The notes under the pieces: generated by a model
Told to the model about the DNA's origin: nothing
The model's database searches: none
The model's input: the letters and a program-made list of their open reading frames with translations, nothing else
Origin: Heterodontus francisci
Taxonomy: Eukaryota
Reading direction: 5' to 3'
NCBI RefSeq assembly: GCF_036365525.1
Contig: NC_090404.1
Span: 45,641,544 to 45,705,543 of the forward strand
Length of the DNA stretch: 64,000 bases
Part shown: piece after piece, positions 24,811-37,559 of the stretch
How the letters are laid out: each line of letters begins with the position of its first letter
How positions within the stretch are numbered: position 1 is the first letter of the stretch
Position numbers and translations under genes: made by a program

Positions 24811-27502
24811 GCTGGTGGGGGTCGCGAACCTGGCGGGCGGGCGAGCCCACAGCCTGCACGGCCTCCTCAATATCAAAGTCTTCCAGGCCGACGCTGTGCT
24901 CGTGGTCGCCATCCAGCTGATGGTGGAGCTTCTTTCCTGGCTCCAAGCAGTGACGGTGGAAGGACGACCGTGGCCGGATTGGGGCCCTGAGCGTCGACGA
25001 CCGCCTCATGGGCACTCGAGCCGCCATTCACGTCCCTGGCCAGCACCTTCCAGGTGGGTGCGTCGTTCACATAGTGGCTGGACCAGGACGAGTAGAACTG
25101 CACAACGCAGGCTGATGACGCGTTCCTCAGCAGATTATACTTGAATGATACGCAATGTATTAATCTGCAGTAAGGTGAGCCTGCATGTAATCTGGACTAC
25201 TTAATGCCACAAGATCTAACAGTACTAAACAGGCACATCATGAGATCAATTGCATATTACCTCCTCTTGGTGACATCAGCAGTTCAATTAATAGGTAACA
25301 TTTCTCTTTAGCTTCGAGGACACGCCTGCTATTTAACAATGTGGACAATAGCAATGTGGACATCTGCCCAGGCATGCGCCATGGAGAGGTCACTCCATAG
25401 TCGCCTCACAGCGACCAAAACAACACGGAAGGAAGCAGTTACGGGTAATAAGTCCAGCTCAATTGGCATCGAGATTGGGTGCCACGGGTTGCCTTAATTG
25501 GTGGGAGAGGTCATCGCATCCCACTGGACAGCAACCGCCCGCCTCAAACCGGGCAGCCCCCGGTTAGTAAGGTTCTGTCCCGCCACAGTCCACCTGCTTA
25601 AATGGGTGCTTGGAGCTCAGGGTCATTGCCCGACAAGTCGACTGCAACACCGCAACAAACAGCACGACAAAAAAAGGAAAGAAGGTATCAGCCCTTCGTT
25701 TTGCAAGCTGGAACGTCAGAACTATGTGCCCTGGCCTATCGGAAGACCTTACACTAATCAACGATTCTTGGAAGACCGCCATCATTAACAACGAGCTCAG
25801 TAGACTCAATGTGGACATTGCAGCACGTCAGGAGACATGCCTCCCTGCGAGCGAATCTCTAAGAGAGCAAGACTACACCTTCTTCTGGCAGGGCAGGGAT
25901 CCTGAAGAACCAAGACAGCATGGAGTAGGCTTCGCCATCAGAAACTCCTTGCTCAGCATGATAGAGCCACCTTCAAATGGCTCGGAACGCATACTGTCCA
26001 TCCGACTGCTCACTGCTTCTGGCCCAGTACACCTACTCAGCATCTATGCTCCAACACTCTGCTCCCCACCTGAAGCTAAAGACCAGTTCTACGAGTAACT
26101 CCATATCATCATTAGTAGCATTCCCAATACCGAATTTATTCCTGCTGGGGGATTTTAACGCCATGGTTGGGGCCGACCATGACTCATGCCCCTCCTGCCT
26201 TGGGCGCTATGGCATTGGAAGGATGAATGAGAATGGACAGAGACTTCGGGAGCTGTGTACCGATCACAGCCTCTGCATCACCAACTCGTTCTTTCATACT
26301 AAACCCTGTCACCAGCTGGACCTCATTGTCACAAGGCGAGAATCTTTAAACAGCATTCAAATCACATAGCTTCTATAGTGCGGACTGCGACACCAATCAC
26401 TCCCTGGTGTGCAGCAAGGTTAGATTCAAACCAAAGAAGCTGCATCACTCCAAGCAGAAGGGCCGCTCACGCATCAACACTAACAGAATGTTTCATCCAC
26501 AGCTGTTACATAAGTTTATAAATTCACTTGTAAAAGCCCTTCAAAACACTCCTACAGCAGATGCAGAAATCAAGTGGGCCCACATCAAAGGCGCCATCTA
26601 TGACCCAACAATGACAACCTCTGGCAAACGTGTGAAGTGGAATGCAGACTGGTTTCAATCTCACTTTGAAGAGCTGGAACCAGTCATAGCCGCTAAGTGC
26701 ATTGCACTGTTGAACTACAAGAAAGCCCCCCAGTGAGATAACATCCGTAGCACTTAAAGTAGCCAGAAGCGCTGCACAAAGAACAGCCAGGCGCTGCGCA
26801 AATGACTACTGGCAACACCTATGCAGTCGTATTCAGCTGGCCTCCGACAATGGAAGCATCAGAGGAATGTATGAGGGCATTAAGAGAGCTTTTGGGCCAA
26901 CCATCAGGAAGATCGCCCCCATCAAGTCTAAATCAGGGGACACAAGCACTGACCAAAGCAAGCAAATGGACCACTGGGTGGAACACTACCCAGAACTGTA
27001 CTCCAGGGAGAATGTTGTCCCTGAGACCGCCCTCAATGCAGCCCAGACTCTGGCAGTCATGGATGAGCTAGACGAATGGCCAACAAAATCGAAACTCAGT
27101 GGTGCCATTGATTCTCTAGCCAGTGGAAAAGCCCCTGGGAAGGACAGCATTACCCCTGAAATAATCAAGAGTGCCAAGCCTGCCATACTCTCAGCTCTGC
27201 ACGAACTGCTTTACCTGTGCTGGGATGAGGGAGCAGTACCACAGGGCATGCACGATGACAATATCATCACCCTCTATTAGAACAAGGGTGACGGTGGTGA
27301 CTGCAACCTATCGTGAAATCTCCCTGCTCAGCATAGTGGGGAAAGTCTTCGCTCGAGTCGTTTTAAACAGGCTCCAGAAGCTGTCTGAGCGTGTCTACCC
27401 TGAGGCAAAGTGTGGCTTTTGAACATAGAGATCCACCATTGACATGCTGCTCTCCCTTCACCAGCTACAGGAGAAATGCCGTGAACAACAGATGCCCTAC
27501 TA

Positions 27503-28633
27503 TAATAAAAGCAAAATACTGCGGATGCTGGAAATCTGAAACAAAAACAAGAAATGCTGGATTCACTCAGCAGGTCTGGCAGCATCTGTGGAAAGAGAAG
27601 CAGAGTTAACGTTTCGGGTCAGTGACCCTTCTTCGGAACTGACAAATATTAGAAAAGTCACAGATTATAAACAAGTGAGGTGGGGGTTGGGCAAGAGATA
27701 ACAAAGGAGAAGGTGCAGATTGGACCAGGCCACATAGCTGACCAAAAGGTCACGGAGCAAAGGCAAACAATATGTTAATGGTGTGTTGAAAGACAAAGCA
27801 TTAGTACAGATTAGGTGTGAATATACTGAATATTGAACATCAGCAAGTGCAAACCTGAAGAAAAACAACCTGAAAAAAACAGTGGGTAAGCAAACTGAAC
27901 AAACTAAGATGAAATGAAATAAATGCAAAAAGAGATTGTAAAAAATGTAAAACGGAATGCAAAAAAAAAAGGAAGAAAAAATAACTAAAAATGAAAGTAA
28001 AGTGGGGGGCTGTCATGCTCTGAAATTATTGAACTCAATGTTCAGTCCGGTAGGCTGTAGTGTGCCTAATCGGTAGATGAGATGCTGTTCCTCGAGCTTG
28101 CGTTGATGTTCACTGGAACACTGCAGCAATCCCAGGACAGAGATGTGAGCATGAGAGCAGGGGGGACTGTTGAAATGGCAAGCAACCGGAAGGTCATGAT
28201 CCTGCTTGCGGACTGAGCGGAGATGTTCCGCAAAGCGGTCACCCAGTCTGCGCTTGGTCTCCCCAATGTAGAGGAGACCACACTGTGAGCAGCGAATACA
28301 GTATACTACATTGAAAGAAGTACAAGTAAATCGCTGCTTCACCTGAAAGGAGTGTTTGGGGCCTGGGATAGTGAGGAGAGAGGAGGTAAATGGGCAGGTA
28401 TTACACCTCCTGCGATTGCAAGGGAAGGTGCCCTGGGACGGGGACGAGGTGGTGGGGGTAATGGAGGAGTGGACCATGGTGTCGCGGAGGGAACGATCCC
28501 TTCGGAATGCTGACAGGGGAAGGGAGGGGAAGATGCGACTGGTAGTGGCATCACGCTGGAGGTGGCGAAAATGGCGGAGGATGATCCTTTGGATATGGAG
28601 GCTGGTGGGATGAAAAGTGAGGACAAGGGGAAC
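27503..28633 (-). mobile_element. Young 5'-truncated Penelope-like element inserted in the RTE RT
   Basis: Open GIY-YIG ORF 28013-28477 (CNRRRCNTC, VVYCIRCSQCGLLYIGETKRRLGDRFAEH, GLN); 10-bp TSD TGCCCTACTA at 27493-27502 and 28634-28643. Confidence 0.93.
27604..27640 (-). ncRNA. Minimal hammerhead ribozyme variant in the Penelope pLTR
   Basis: Minus strand reads AGTT-CCGAAGA-A-GGGTC act GACCC-GAAA-CG-TT-AACT, with palindromic stem III and a GUU cleavage triplet. The core has C at U4. Confidence 0.6.
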
Positions 28634-29469
28634 TGCCCTACTACGTTGCTTTTATTGATCTCACCAAAGCCTTTGACCTCCTTAGCAGACGTGGTCTCTT
28701 CAGACTACTAGCAAATATCGGATGTCCACCAAAACTCCTAAGTATCATCACCTCATTCCATGCCAATATGAAAGGCACAATTCAGCATAGCAGCACCTCA
28801 TCAGCCGCCTTTCCTATCCTGAGTGACGTGAAACAGGCCTGTGTTGTCGCACCCACACTGTTTGGGATCTTCTTCTCCCTGCTGCTCTCACATGTGTTCA
28901 AGTATTCAGAAGAAGGAATTTTGCTCCACACAAGATCAGATGGCAGGTTGTTCAACCTTGCCCATCTAAGAGCGAAGACCAAAGTATGGAAGGTCCTCAT
29001 CAGGGAACTCTTCTTTGCTGACGATGCTGAATTAACATCCCACACAGAAGAGTGTCTGCAGAGACTCATCGAGAGGATTGCGGCTGCCTGCAACGAATAT
29101 GGCCTAACCATCAGCCTCAAGAAAACGATCATCATGGGACAGGACGACAGAAATGCTCCATCCATCAATATCAGAGACCACGCTCTGGATGTGGTTCAAG
29201 TATTCACCTACCTAGGCTCTACTATCACCAGTGACCTGTCTCTCGATGCAGAAAGCAATAAGCGCATGGGAAAGGCGTCCGCTGCTATGTCCAGACTGGC
29301 CAAGAGAGTTTGGGAAAATGGTGCACTGACATGGAACACAAAAGTCCGAGTGTATCAAGCCTGTGTCCTCAGTACCTTTCTCTACGTCTGTGAGGCCTGG
29401 ACAACGTATGTCAGCCAACAGCAAGGTCTCAATTCATTCCATCTTCGCTGCCTCCGAAGAATCCTTGGC

Positions 29470-29927
29470 TCGACACCATCCAGGACAAAGCAACCCACTT
29501 GATTGGCACCCCATCGACAAACATTCACTCCCTCCACCACCGGCGCACAGTGGCAGCAGTGTGTACCATCTACACGGTGCACTGCAGCAATGCACCAAGG
29601 CTCCTTAGACAGCACCTTCCAAGCCCGCGACCTCTACCAAGTAGAAGGACAAGGGCAGCAAATACATGGGAACACCACCATCTGCAAGTTCCCCTCCAAG
29701 CCACACACCATCCTGACTTGGAACTATATCGCCGTTCCTTCACTGTCGCTGGGTCAAAATCCTGGAACTCCCTTCCTAACAGCACTGTGGGTGTACCTAC
29801 CCCACATGGGCTCCAGCGGGTCAAGAAGGCAGCTCACCACCACCTTCTCAAGGGCAATTAGGGATGGGCAATAAATGCTGGCCTGGCCAGTGATGCCCAC
29901 ATCCCGTGAATGAATAATTAAAAATAA
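29470..29927 (+). mobile_element. 3' fragment of another non-LTR retrotransposon inserted in the RTE
   Basis: NIHSLHHRRTVAAVCTIY...SWNSLP..GLQRVKKAAHHHLLKGN with an A-rich tail. The RTE reads through (ATCCTTGGC|ATCAGGTGG) once it is removed. An older copy lies at 61380-61525. Confidence 0.8.
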
Positions 29928-32338
29928 ATCAGGTGGCAGGACTGTATCTCCAACGCAGAAGTCCTCGAAGTGGCCAACATCTCCAGCATATACACCCTAC
30001 TGAGCCAGCGGCGCTTGAGATGGCTTGGCCATGTGAGCCGCATGGAAGATGGCAGGATCCACAAGGACACATTGTACAGTGAGCTCGTCACTGGTATCAG
30101 ACCCACCGGCCGTCCATGTCTCCGCTTTAAAGACGTCTGTAAACGCGACCTTGATCGCAGGTCATGAGAGTCAGTTGCCAGTCATCGCCAGAGCTGGCGG
30201 ACAGCCATAAAGGTGGGGCTAAAGTGTGGCGAGGGGAAGAGACTTAGCAGTTGGTAGGAAAAAAGGCAGAAGCGCAAGGGGAGACCCAACTGTGTAACAG
30301 CCCCGGCCACCAATTTTATCTGCAGCACCTGTGGAAGAGTCTGTCACTCTAGAATTGGCCCTTTTAGCCACTGCAGGCGCTGCTTCACAAACCACTGACC
30401 ACCTCCAGGCGCTTACCGATTGTCTTTCGAGACCAGGAGGCCAAAGATGAAGATGACATTAATCCCATATTCCTCACCACATCCCCACCTTATCTCAATT
30501 CTTCTACCACCTAACTACACTAGGGGCAATTTACCTATCAACCTGCAAGCCTCTGGCTGTGGGAGGAAACCAGCGCACATAGCAGAAACCCATTCGGTCA
30601 CAGGGGGAACTTGCAAAATCCGCACAGGCATGAACCCAGAACCCAGGTGGCTGGAGTTATGAGACTACAGAGCCAGCCACTGCGCCACTGTAGTAGCATG
30701 CCTTCCCTGCCTACGCTCTCTTCCCCACCATGCAATCTGACAAAAGAGATTACCAATTGGACATGGACTAAATCACAATAACAGGCAGTACATCAGATCA
30801 AATGAAGTTTGTTAGCAAGTTGCACTAACCTCCCAGCCAGTTGTGGATGCAAACCTGGTTGCCATAGGTGCTGTTCTCATACAGAAACATAAGGCAGGCA
30901 AACCATCAATCTTTGCGATTACCAAGCAGATTGATAGCAGAGAAACACATGAAATTTAGAGCTGCACCAGTCAGTCTTGAGACAGAGTATTTGTGAAACA
31001 TAGTGGTCATATTGGAATGCAAACAACCCCTAATGACATCCAAACATTTGTTGTGACCAGTACAAAGGATCAATGATCACTGCTAAGCACGGGTTCACAA
31101 ATCATGATAAGAAATGCATCATTCATCAAAACACTGAAAACGCCACTTGTAAACATTGAATCTGATTCCGACATCGAAACCTCAGATGAAGTCCATGAGT
31201 CAAATAAGACTACATTAGATGGTCAGAAGATATTAAACTCATGAGAGAAAACACCCCCCATAGTTAAGTGACTATGTTGCAAAATTGACTATTTATGTGT
31301 AAGCTTATTGTTTGCATTTTTGGAAACAAACCATTGAAACATGTTCATTTACTGAGAAGGGGACAGGTGTCGTGTTGCAGTCTGCTCCAAGGAAAACAAC
31401 CCTAGCCTTTTCAGTTTCTCTTCAAAGCTGAAATTCTCCAGCCCAGGCAACATCCTGGTGAATCTTACTTGCACTCTCACCAGTGCAATCACATCCTTCC
31501 TATAGTGTGGTGACCAGAACTGTACACAGTACTCCAGCTGTGGCCTGCTCTTATATTCTATGCCTCGGCTAATGAAGGCAGGTATCCCATATGCCTTCCT
31601 AACCACCTTATCTACCTGTGCTGCTGCCTTCAGTGATCTATGAACAAGTACATCAAGGTCCCTCTGACCTTCTGTACTTCCTAGGGTCTTACCATCCATT
31701 GAATATTCCCTTGCCTTGTGAGTCCTCCCAAAATGCATTACCTCACACTTTTCAGGATTAAATTCCATTTTCCACTGTTCTGCCCATTTTACCAGCATAT
31801 CTATATCGTCCTGTAATCTAAGGATTTCCTCCTCACTATTTACAACACCACCCATTTTCGTGCCATCTGCGAATTTATTGGTCATACCTCCAATATTCAC
31901 GTCGAGATCATTAATGTACTCTACAAACAGCAAGGGTCTCAGAACCAATCCCCGTGGTACACCACTGGTCACAGGCTTCCAATTGCATAAACAGCCCTCG
32001 ACCATTACCTCCTGCTGCGAAGCCAATTTTGGATCCAATTTGCCAAATTGCCCGGATTGCATGGGCTCTTACCTTCATAACCATCTCCCATGCGGGAACT
32101 TATCAAAAGCCTTACTGAAATCCATGTATACTACATCTACTTCTTTACCCTCATCGACACATCTAGTTGCCTCCTCGAAAAATTCACTCAAGTTAGTTAG
32201 ACACGATCTCCCCTTGACAAAACCATGCTGACTATCCCTGATTAATCCATGCCTCTACAAGTGGAGATTAAACCTGTCCCTCAGAACTTTTTAAAAATTT
32301 TTTCCCTGCCACTGATGCCAGTCTCACCGGTCTGTAAC

Positions 32339-33098
32339 TTTGATTCATTTTGGAAGGTCGAATTTGAATGCGGAATACAGGCTTAAAGACAGGATTCTTG
32401 GCAGTGTGGAGGAACAGAGGGATCTTGGGGTCCATGTCCATAGATCGCGCTAAGTTGCCACCCAAGTTGATAGGGTTGTTAAGAAGGCATATGGTGTGTT
32501 GGCTTTCATTAACAGGGGGATTGAGTTTAAGAGCCGCGAGGTTATGCTGCAGCTCTATAAGGCCCTGGTTCGACCACACTTGGAATATTGTGTTCAGTTC
32601 TGGTCGCCTCATTATAGGAAGGATGTGGAAGCTTCAGAGAGGGTGCAGAGGAGATTTACCAGGATGCTGCCTGGACTGGAGGGCATGTCCTACGAAGAAA
32701 GATTGAGGGAGCTAGGGCTTTTCTCATTGGAGTGAAGAAGGATGAGAGGTGACTTGATAGAGGGGTACAAGATGATGAGAGGCATAGATAGAGTGGATAG
32801 TCAGAGACATTTTCCCAGGGTGGAAAGGGCTATCACCAGGGGGCATAATTTTATGGTGATTGGAGGAAGGTTTCGGGCAGAAGTCATAGGTAGGTTCTTG
32901 ACACAGAGAGTGGTGGGTGCGTGGAATGCGCTGCCAGCGGTGGTAGTAGAAGCAGATACATTAGGGGCATTTAAGCGACTCTTTGATAGGTACATGGATG
33001 ACAGTAGAATGAAGGGTAGGTAGTTACTTAGATCTTAGAGTAGGTTAACATCGTGGGCCGAAGGGCCTGTTCTGTGCTGTACTGTTCTATGTTCTATG
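32339..33098 (+). mobile_element. Young CR1 3' fragment
   Basis: LYKALVRPHLEYCVQFWSPHY; (GTTCTAT)n tail; same subfamily as 11233-11937. Confidence 0.9.
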
Positions 33099-33547
33099 TA
33101 ATTACCTGGTTTATCCCCGCTACCCTTCTTGAATAATGGTACCACATTCGCTGTCCTCCAGTCCTGTGGTACCTCTCCTGTGGCCAGGGAGGATTTGAAA
33201 ATTTGTGTCAAAGCCCCTGCAATCTCCTCCCTTGCCTCACATAACAGCCTGTGATGCATCTCATCTGGGCCTGAGGATTTATCCACTTTTAAGCCCGCTA
33301 AAACAGCTATTACTCCCTCCCTTTCAATGCTAATATGTTCAAGTATATCACAATCCCCCTCCCTGATCTCCATACCGACATCGTCCTTCTCCATAGTGAA
33401 CACCGATGGAAAGTAATCATTTAAAACCTCACCTCTGTACTCTGGTTCCACACAAAGATTTCCACGTTGGTCCCTAATGGCCCTACTCTTTCGCTGGTTA
33501 TCCTCTTACCCTTAATAAGCTGACAAAAGGCCTTAGGATTTTTATAA

Positions 33548-36500
33548 TTAGAACATTACAGCGTAGTCCAGGCCCTTCGGCCCTCGATGTTGTGCCGACC
33601 TGTGAAACCATCTGACCTACACTATTCCATTTTCATCCACATGTCTATCCAATGACCACTTAAATGCCCTTAAAGTTGGCGAGTCTACTAGTGTTCCAGG
33701 CAGGGCGTTCCACGCCCCTACTACTCTCTGAGTAAAGAAACTACCTCTAACATCTGTCCCATATCTATCACCCCTCAACTTAAAGCTATGTCCCCTCGTA
33801 TTTGACATCACCATCCGAGGAAAAAGACGCTCACTATCCACCCTATCTAACCCTCTGATTATCTTATATGTCTCCATTAAGTCACCTCTCCTCCTCCTTC
33901 TCTCCAACGAAAACAACCTCAAGTCCCTCAGCCTTTCCTCGTAAGACCTTCCCTCCATACCAGGCAACATCCCAGTAAATCTCCTCTGCACCCTTTCCAA
34001 AGCTTCCACATCCTTCCTATAATGCGGTGACCAGAACTGCACGCAATACTCCAGGTGCGGTCTCACCAGAGTTTTGTACAGCTGCAGCATGACCTCGTGG
34101 CTCCGAAACTCGATCCCCCGACTAATAAAAGCTAACACACCATATGCCTTCTTAACAGCCCTATTAACCTGGGTAGCAACTTTCAGGGATTTATGTACCT
34201 GGACACCAAGATCTCTCTGTTCATCCACACTACCAAGAATCTTCCCATTAGCCCAGTACTCTGCATTTCTGTTACTCCTTCCAAAGTGAATCACCTCACA
34301 CTTTTCCGCATTAAACTCCATTTGCCATCTCTCAGCCCAGCTCTGCAGCCTATCTATGTCCCTCTGTAACCTACAACATCCTTCGGCACTATCCACAACT
34401 CCACCGACCTTCGTGTCATCTGCAAATTTACTAACCCACCCTTCTACACCCTCTTCCAGGTCATTTATAAAAATGACAAACAGCAGTGGCCCCAAAACAG
34501 ATCCTTGCGGTACACCACTAGTAACTAAACTCCAGGATGAACATTTGCCATCAACCACCACCCTCTGTCTTCTTTCAGCTAGCCAATTTCTGATCCAATG
34601 CTCTAAATCACCTTCAACCCCCATACTTCCGTATTTTCTGCAATAGCCTACCGTGGGGAACCTTATCAAACGCCTTACTGAAATCCATATGCACCACATC
34701 CACTGCTTTACCCTCATCCACCTGTTTGGTCACCTTCTCGAAAAACTCAATAAGGTTTGTGAGGCACGACCTACCCTTCACAAAACCGTGCTGACTATCG
34801 CTAATGAACTTATTCTTTTCAAGCTGATTATAAATCCTGTCTCTTCTAACCTTTTCCAACATTTTACCCACAACCGAATTAAGGCTCACAGGTCTATAAT
34901 TACCAGGGCTGTCTCTACTCCCCTTCTTGAACAAGGGGACAACATTTGCTATCCTCCAGTCTTCCAGCACTATTCCTGTCGACAATGACGACATAAAGAT
35001 CAAGGACAAAGGCTCTGAAATCTCCTCCCTGGCTTCCCAGTGAATCCTAGGATAAAGCCCATCTGGCCCAGGGGACTTATCTATTTTCACACTTTCCAAA
35101 ATTGCTAACACCTCCTCCTTGTGAACCTCAATCCCATCTAGCCTAGTCGCCTGAATCTCAGTATTCTCCTCGACAACATTTTCTTTCTCTACTGTAAATA
35201 CTGACGAAAAATATTCATTTAACGCTTCCCCTATCTCCTCTGATTCCACACACAACTTCCCAGTACTATCCTTGATTGGCCCTAATCCAACTCTAGTCAT
35301 TCTTTTATTCCTGATATACCTATAGAAAGCCTTAGGGTTTTCCTTGATCCTATCCGCCAATGACTTCTCGTGTCCTCTCCTTGCTCTTCTTAGCTCTCCC
35401 TTTAGATCCTTCCTGGCTAGCTTGTAACTCTCAAGCGCCCTAACTGAACCTTCACGTCTCATCCTAACATAAGCCTTCTTCTTCCTTTTGACAAGCGCTT
35501 CAACTTCTTTAGTAAACCACGGCTCCCTCGCTCGACAATTTCCTCCCTGCCTGATAGGTACATACTTATCAAGGACACGCAGTAGCTGCTCCTTGAATAA
35601 GCTCCACATTTCGATTGTGCCCATCCCCTGCAGTTTCCTTCCCCATCCTACACATCCTAAATCTTGCCTAATTGCATCATAATTTCCTTTCCCCCAGCTA
35701 TAATTCTTGCCCTGCGGTATATACCTGTCCCTGCCCATCGCGAAGGTAAACCTAACCGAATTGTGATCACTATCACCAAAGTGCTCACCTACATCTAAAT
35801 CTAACACCTGGCCGGGTTCATTACCCAGTACCAATTCCAATGTGGCATCGCCCCTGGTTGGCCTGTCTCCATACTGTGTCAGAAAACCCTCCTGCACACA
35901 CTGGACAAAAACTGACCCATCTAAAGTACTCGAACTATAGTATTTCCAGTCAATATTTGGAAAGTTAAAGTCCCCCATAACAACTACCCTGTTACTCTCG
36001 CCCCTGTCGAGAATCATCTTCGCTATCCTTTCCTCTACATCTCTGGAACTATTCGGAGGTCTATAGAAGACTCCCAACAGGGTGACCTCTCCTCTCCTGT
36101 TTCTAACCTCGGCCCATACTACCTCAGTAGACGAGTCCTCAAACGTCCTTTCTGCCGCTGTAATACTCTCCTTGATTAACAATGCCACACCACCCCCCCC
36201 CTCTTTTACCCTCTTCTCTGTTCTTACTGAAACATCTAAATCCCGGAACCTGCAACATCCATTCCTGCCCCTGCTCTACCCATGTCTCCGAAATGGCCAC
36301 TACATCGAGATCCCAGGTACCAACCCATGCTGCAAGCTCACCCACCTTATTCCGGATGCTCCTGGCGTTGAAGTAGACACACTTTAAACCAAGTTCCTGC
36401 TTGCCAGTGGCCTCTTGCGTCCTTGTAACCTTATCCCTGACCTCAGTACTCTCAACATCCTGTACACTGGAATTACAATTTAGGTTCCCATTCCCCTGCT

Positions 36501-36710
36501 GAATTAGTTTAAACCCCCCCGAAGAGCACTAGCAAATCTCCCCCCCAGGATATTGGTACCCCTCTGGTTCAGGTGAAGACCATCCTGTTTGTAGAGGTCC
36601 CACCTACCCCAGAAAGAGCCCCGATTATCCAGGAAACCACAACCCTCCCTCCTACACCATCCCTGCAGCCACGTGTTCAACTCCTCTCTCTCCCTCTTCC
36701 TCGCTTCGCT
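33548..36710 (-). mobile_element. Young CR1 with near-complete ORF2 (APE+RT) and the 3' end of ORF1
   Basis: ORFs 36139-36345, 34614-36188 and 33617-34717 join into one ORF2 (YFNARS, ISETW, GDFN, SDH, PQGSVLGP, FADD) via two frameshifts in G runs. Confidence 0.95.
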
Positions 36711-37559
36711 ATCTTTATCTTGCCCACCAGTGTTTCTTCATGTCCCCTCTTCGCTCTCCTAATTACTTTTATAACTGCCACCTTACACTTTTAATACTTC
36801 TCTAGTGCCTCCGCTATTTTCAGCGCTTGGTATCTGCCATAAACCTCCTTTTTTCCTGATCCAATCCTCTATATCCCTTGACATCCAGGGTTCCCTGAAC
36901 CTGTTAGTCCTACCTTTCACCTTAACGGGCACATGTTGGCTCTGAACTCTCACAATTTCCTCTCTGAATGACTCCCACTGGTCTGATGTAAACTTTGCGA
37001 TAAGTAGCTGCTCCCAGTGCACATTGGCCAGATCATGTTTTATCATATTGAAATCAGCCTTCCTCCAATTCAGGACCTTTATTTCTTGTCCATCTTTGTC
37101 CTTTTCCATAACTACCTTAAATCTTACAGATTTATGGTCACTATCCCCGAAATGCTCCCCCACTAACACTTCTACCACTTGACCGGTTTCATTGCCCAGG
37201 ATTAGGTCCAGTACTGCCCCTTCTCTTGTAGGACTTTCTACATACTGGCAAGTACTACATACAAACACCAAGAACGGCAACGAGAGAGACAGGCGAATCC
37301 CTGACCATCGACTGCAATTCATAAATAGCTGCTCTTCTCAGTCACTTTTCTCCATTTTGGTTCGTTCTGAAGCATACTGTTGTGCTATGCATACCTTCCA
37401 TCACTGCCTTTGTCGATAAACTTGCAAGCTTGCAATGACTGAATGTTAGACGTGAGGATTCCAAAAATCTAAGGATTAGCAGCAGCGATTCTTTTGAACG
37501 GAAGTAGGCATTGGATTGTAATCAAAAATTTGTAGGTGAAACAATAAGCTTACAATAGG

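Larger units (their letters stand above)
23971..30455 (+). mobile_element. RTE-clade LINE, apparently full length, inactivated
   Basis: APE domain FASWNVRTM, ARQET, SIYAPT, LLGDFNA; RT DLTKAFD, Q.CVVAPTLF, FADD, YLGS; (GAAGAT)n tail; 10-bp TSD ACATTAATCC at 23961-23970 and 30456-30465. Confidence 0.92.
23882..30691 (-). mobile_element. HE1-type SINE split by the RTE insertion (23882-23970 and 30456-30691)
   Basis: The two halves join to give the reverse complement of the SINE at 10883. Confidence 0.85.
23340..31330 (+). mobile_element. Gypsy-type LTR retrotransposon pol relic (23340-23880 and 30692-31330), split by a SINE and an RTE
   Basis: TINDIIDEVNGAKHFSKL and RLNFGLSSAAEHFQHLIQSALQGLEDTLNISDNILIYG (RT); VVDA..AIGAVLIQ (RNase H) near 30840. 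Confidence 0.7.
31345..37245 (-). mobile_element. CR1 LINE ORF2 (EN+RT), split by two younger CR1 insertions
   Basis: Pieces 31345-32338, 33099-33545 and 36711-37245 are collinear (VESPTREGAVLDLILGNE; KVDKSSGPDE; KFADGTK). Confidence 0.85.

Noticed and set aside
24196-25144. Gly/Pro-rich ORFs as proteins
   Set aside because: They are products of a G-rich low-complexity tract.
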